A stretch of DNA of 64,000 nucleotides from Acholeplasmataceae bacterium. Its GTDB lineage: Bacteria > Bacillota_I > Bacilli_A > Acholeplasmatales > Acholeplasmataceae. Each line of letters begins with the position of its first letter. Positions within the stretch are counted from its first letter, which is position 1. Under the pieces are notes generated by a model. The model did not search any database and had not been told where the DNA came from. It worked only from the letters and a program-made list of their open reading frames with translations. Of the stretch, positions 63,966 through 64,000 are shown piece by piece. The DNA lies in assembly GCA_963667565.1 (NCBI GenBank), contig OY763415.1:224001-288000 (forward strand), written 5' to 3'. The position numbers were made by a program, and so were the translations under genes.

Positions 63966-64000
63966 GTTTTATGATGAAAGGGTGATTTTATGTTAGAAAT

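Noticed and set aside
63860..63990. L20 leader and infC following thrS
   Set aside because: No recognisable leader consensus and too little of the next gene is visible.

Overview
AT-rich chromosomal window read with the standard genetic code (TGA is used as a stop). Gene content and order suggest an Acholeplasma-like mollicute; this is an inference. Nearly all genes are on the + strand. Most of 27.4-64 kb is housekeeping: cysK/cysE, secG, rsmE, rpsU, phoH-ybeY-cdd-era-recO-glyS-dnaG-rpoD-trmK, ftsK, lepB-rbgA-rnhB, topA, ftsY-ylxM-ffh, polA-mutM-coaE-dnaB-dnaI and T-box/thrS. The stand-out is a ~17.4 kb co-directional cluster (9580-27012). It encodes three membrane-anchored McrB-like AAA+ proteins: one has degenerate Walker motifs, and two share a nearly identical 1.17 kb motor module under different transmembrane heads. 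It also encodes a DUF2357/McrC-like partner with a long coiled coil in place of a nuclease, two giant ~84-aa-repeat surface proteins each with a transglutaminase-like domain, and two small membrane proteins. This looks like a McrBC-type motor repurposed for a cell-envelope function. Other points: a candidate C-rich small RNA between topA and tpx, a DnaA-box pair upstream of polA, a decayed islet behind tRNA-Arg(TCT), and tandem mgtE genes. All family calls come from motif recognition by eye; no database searches were run.
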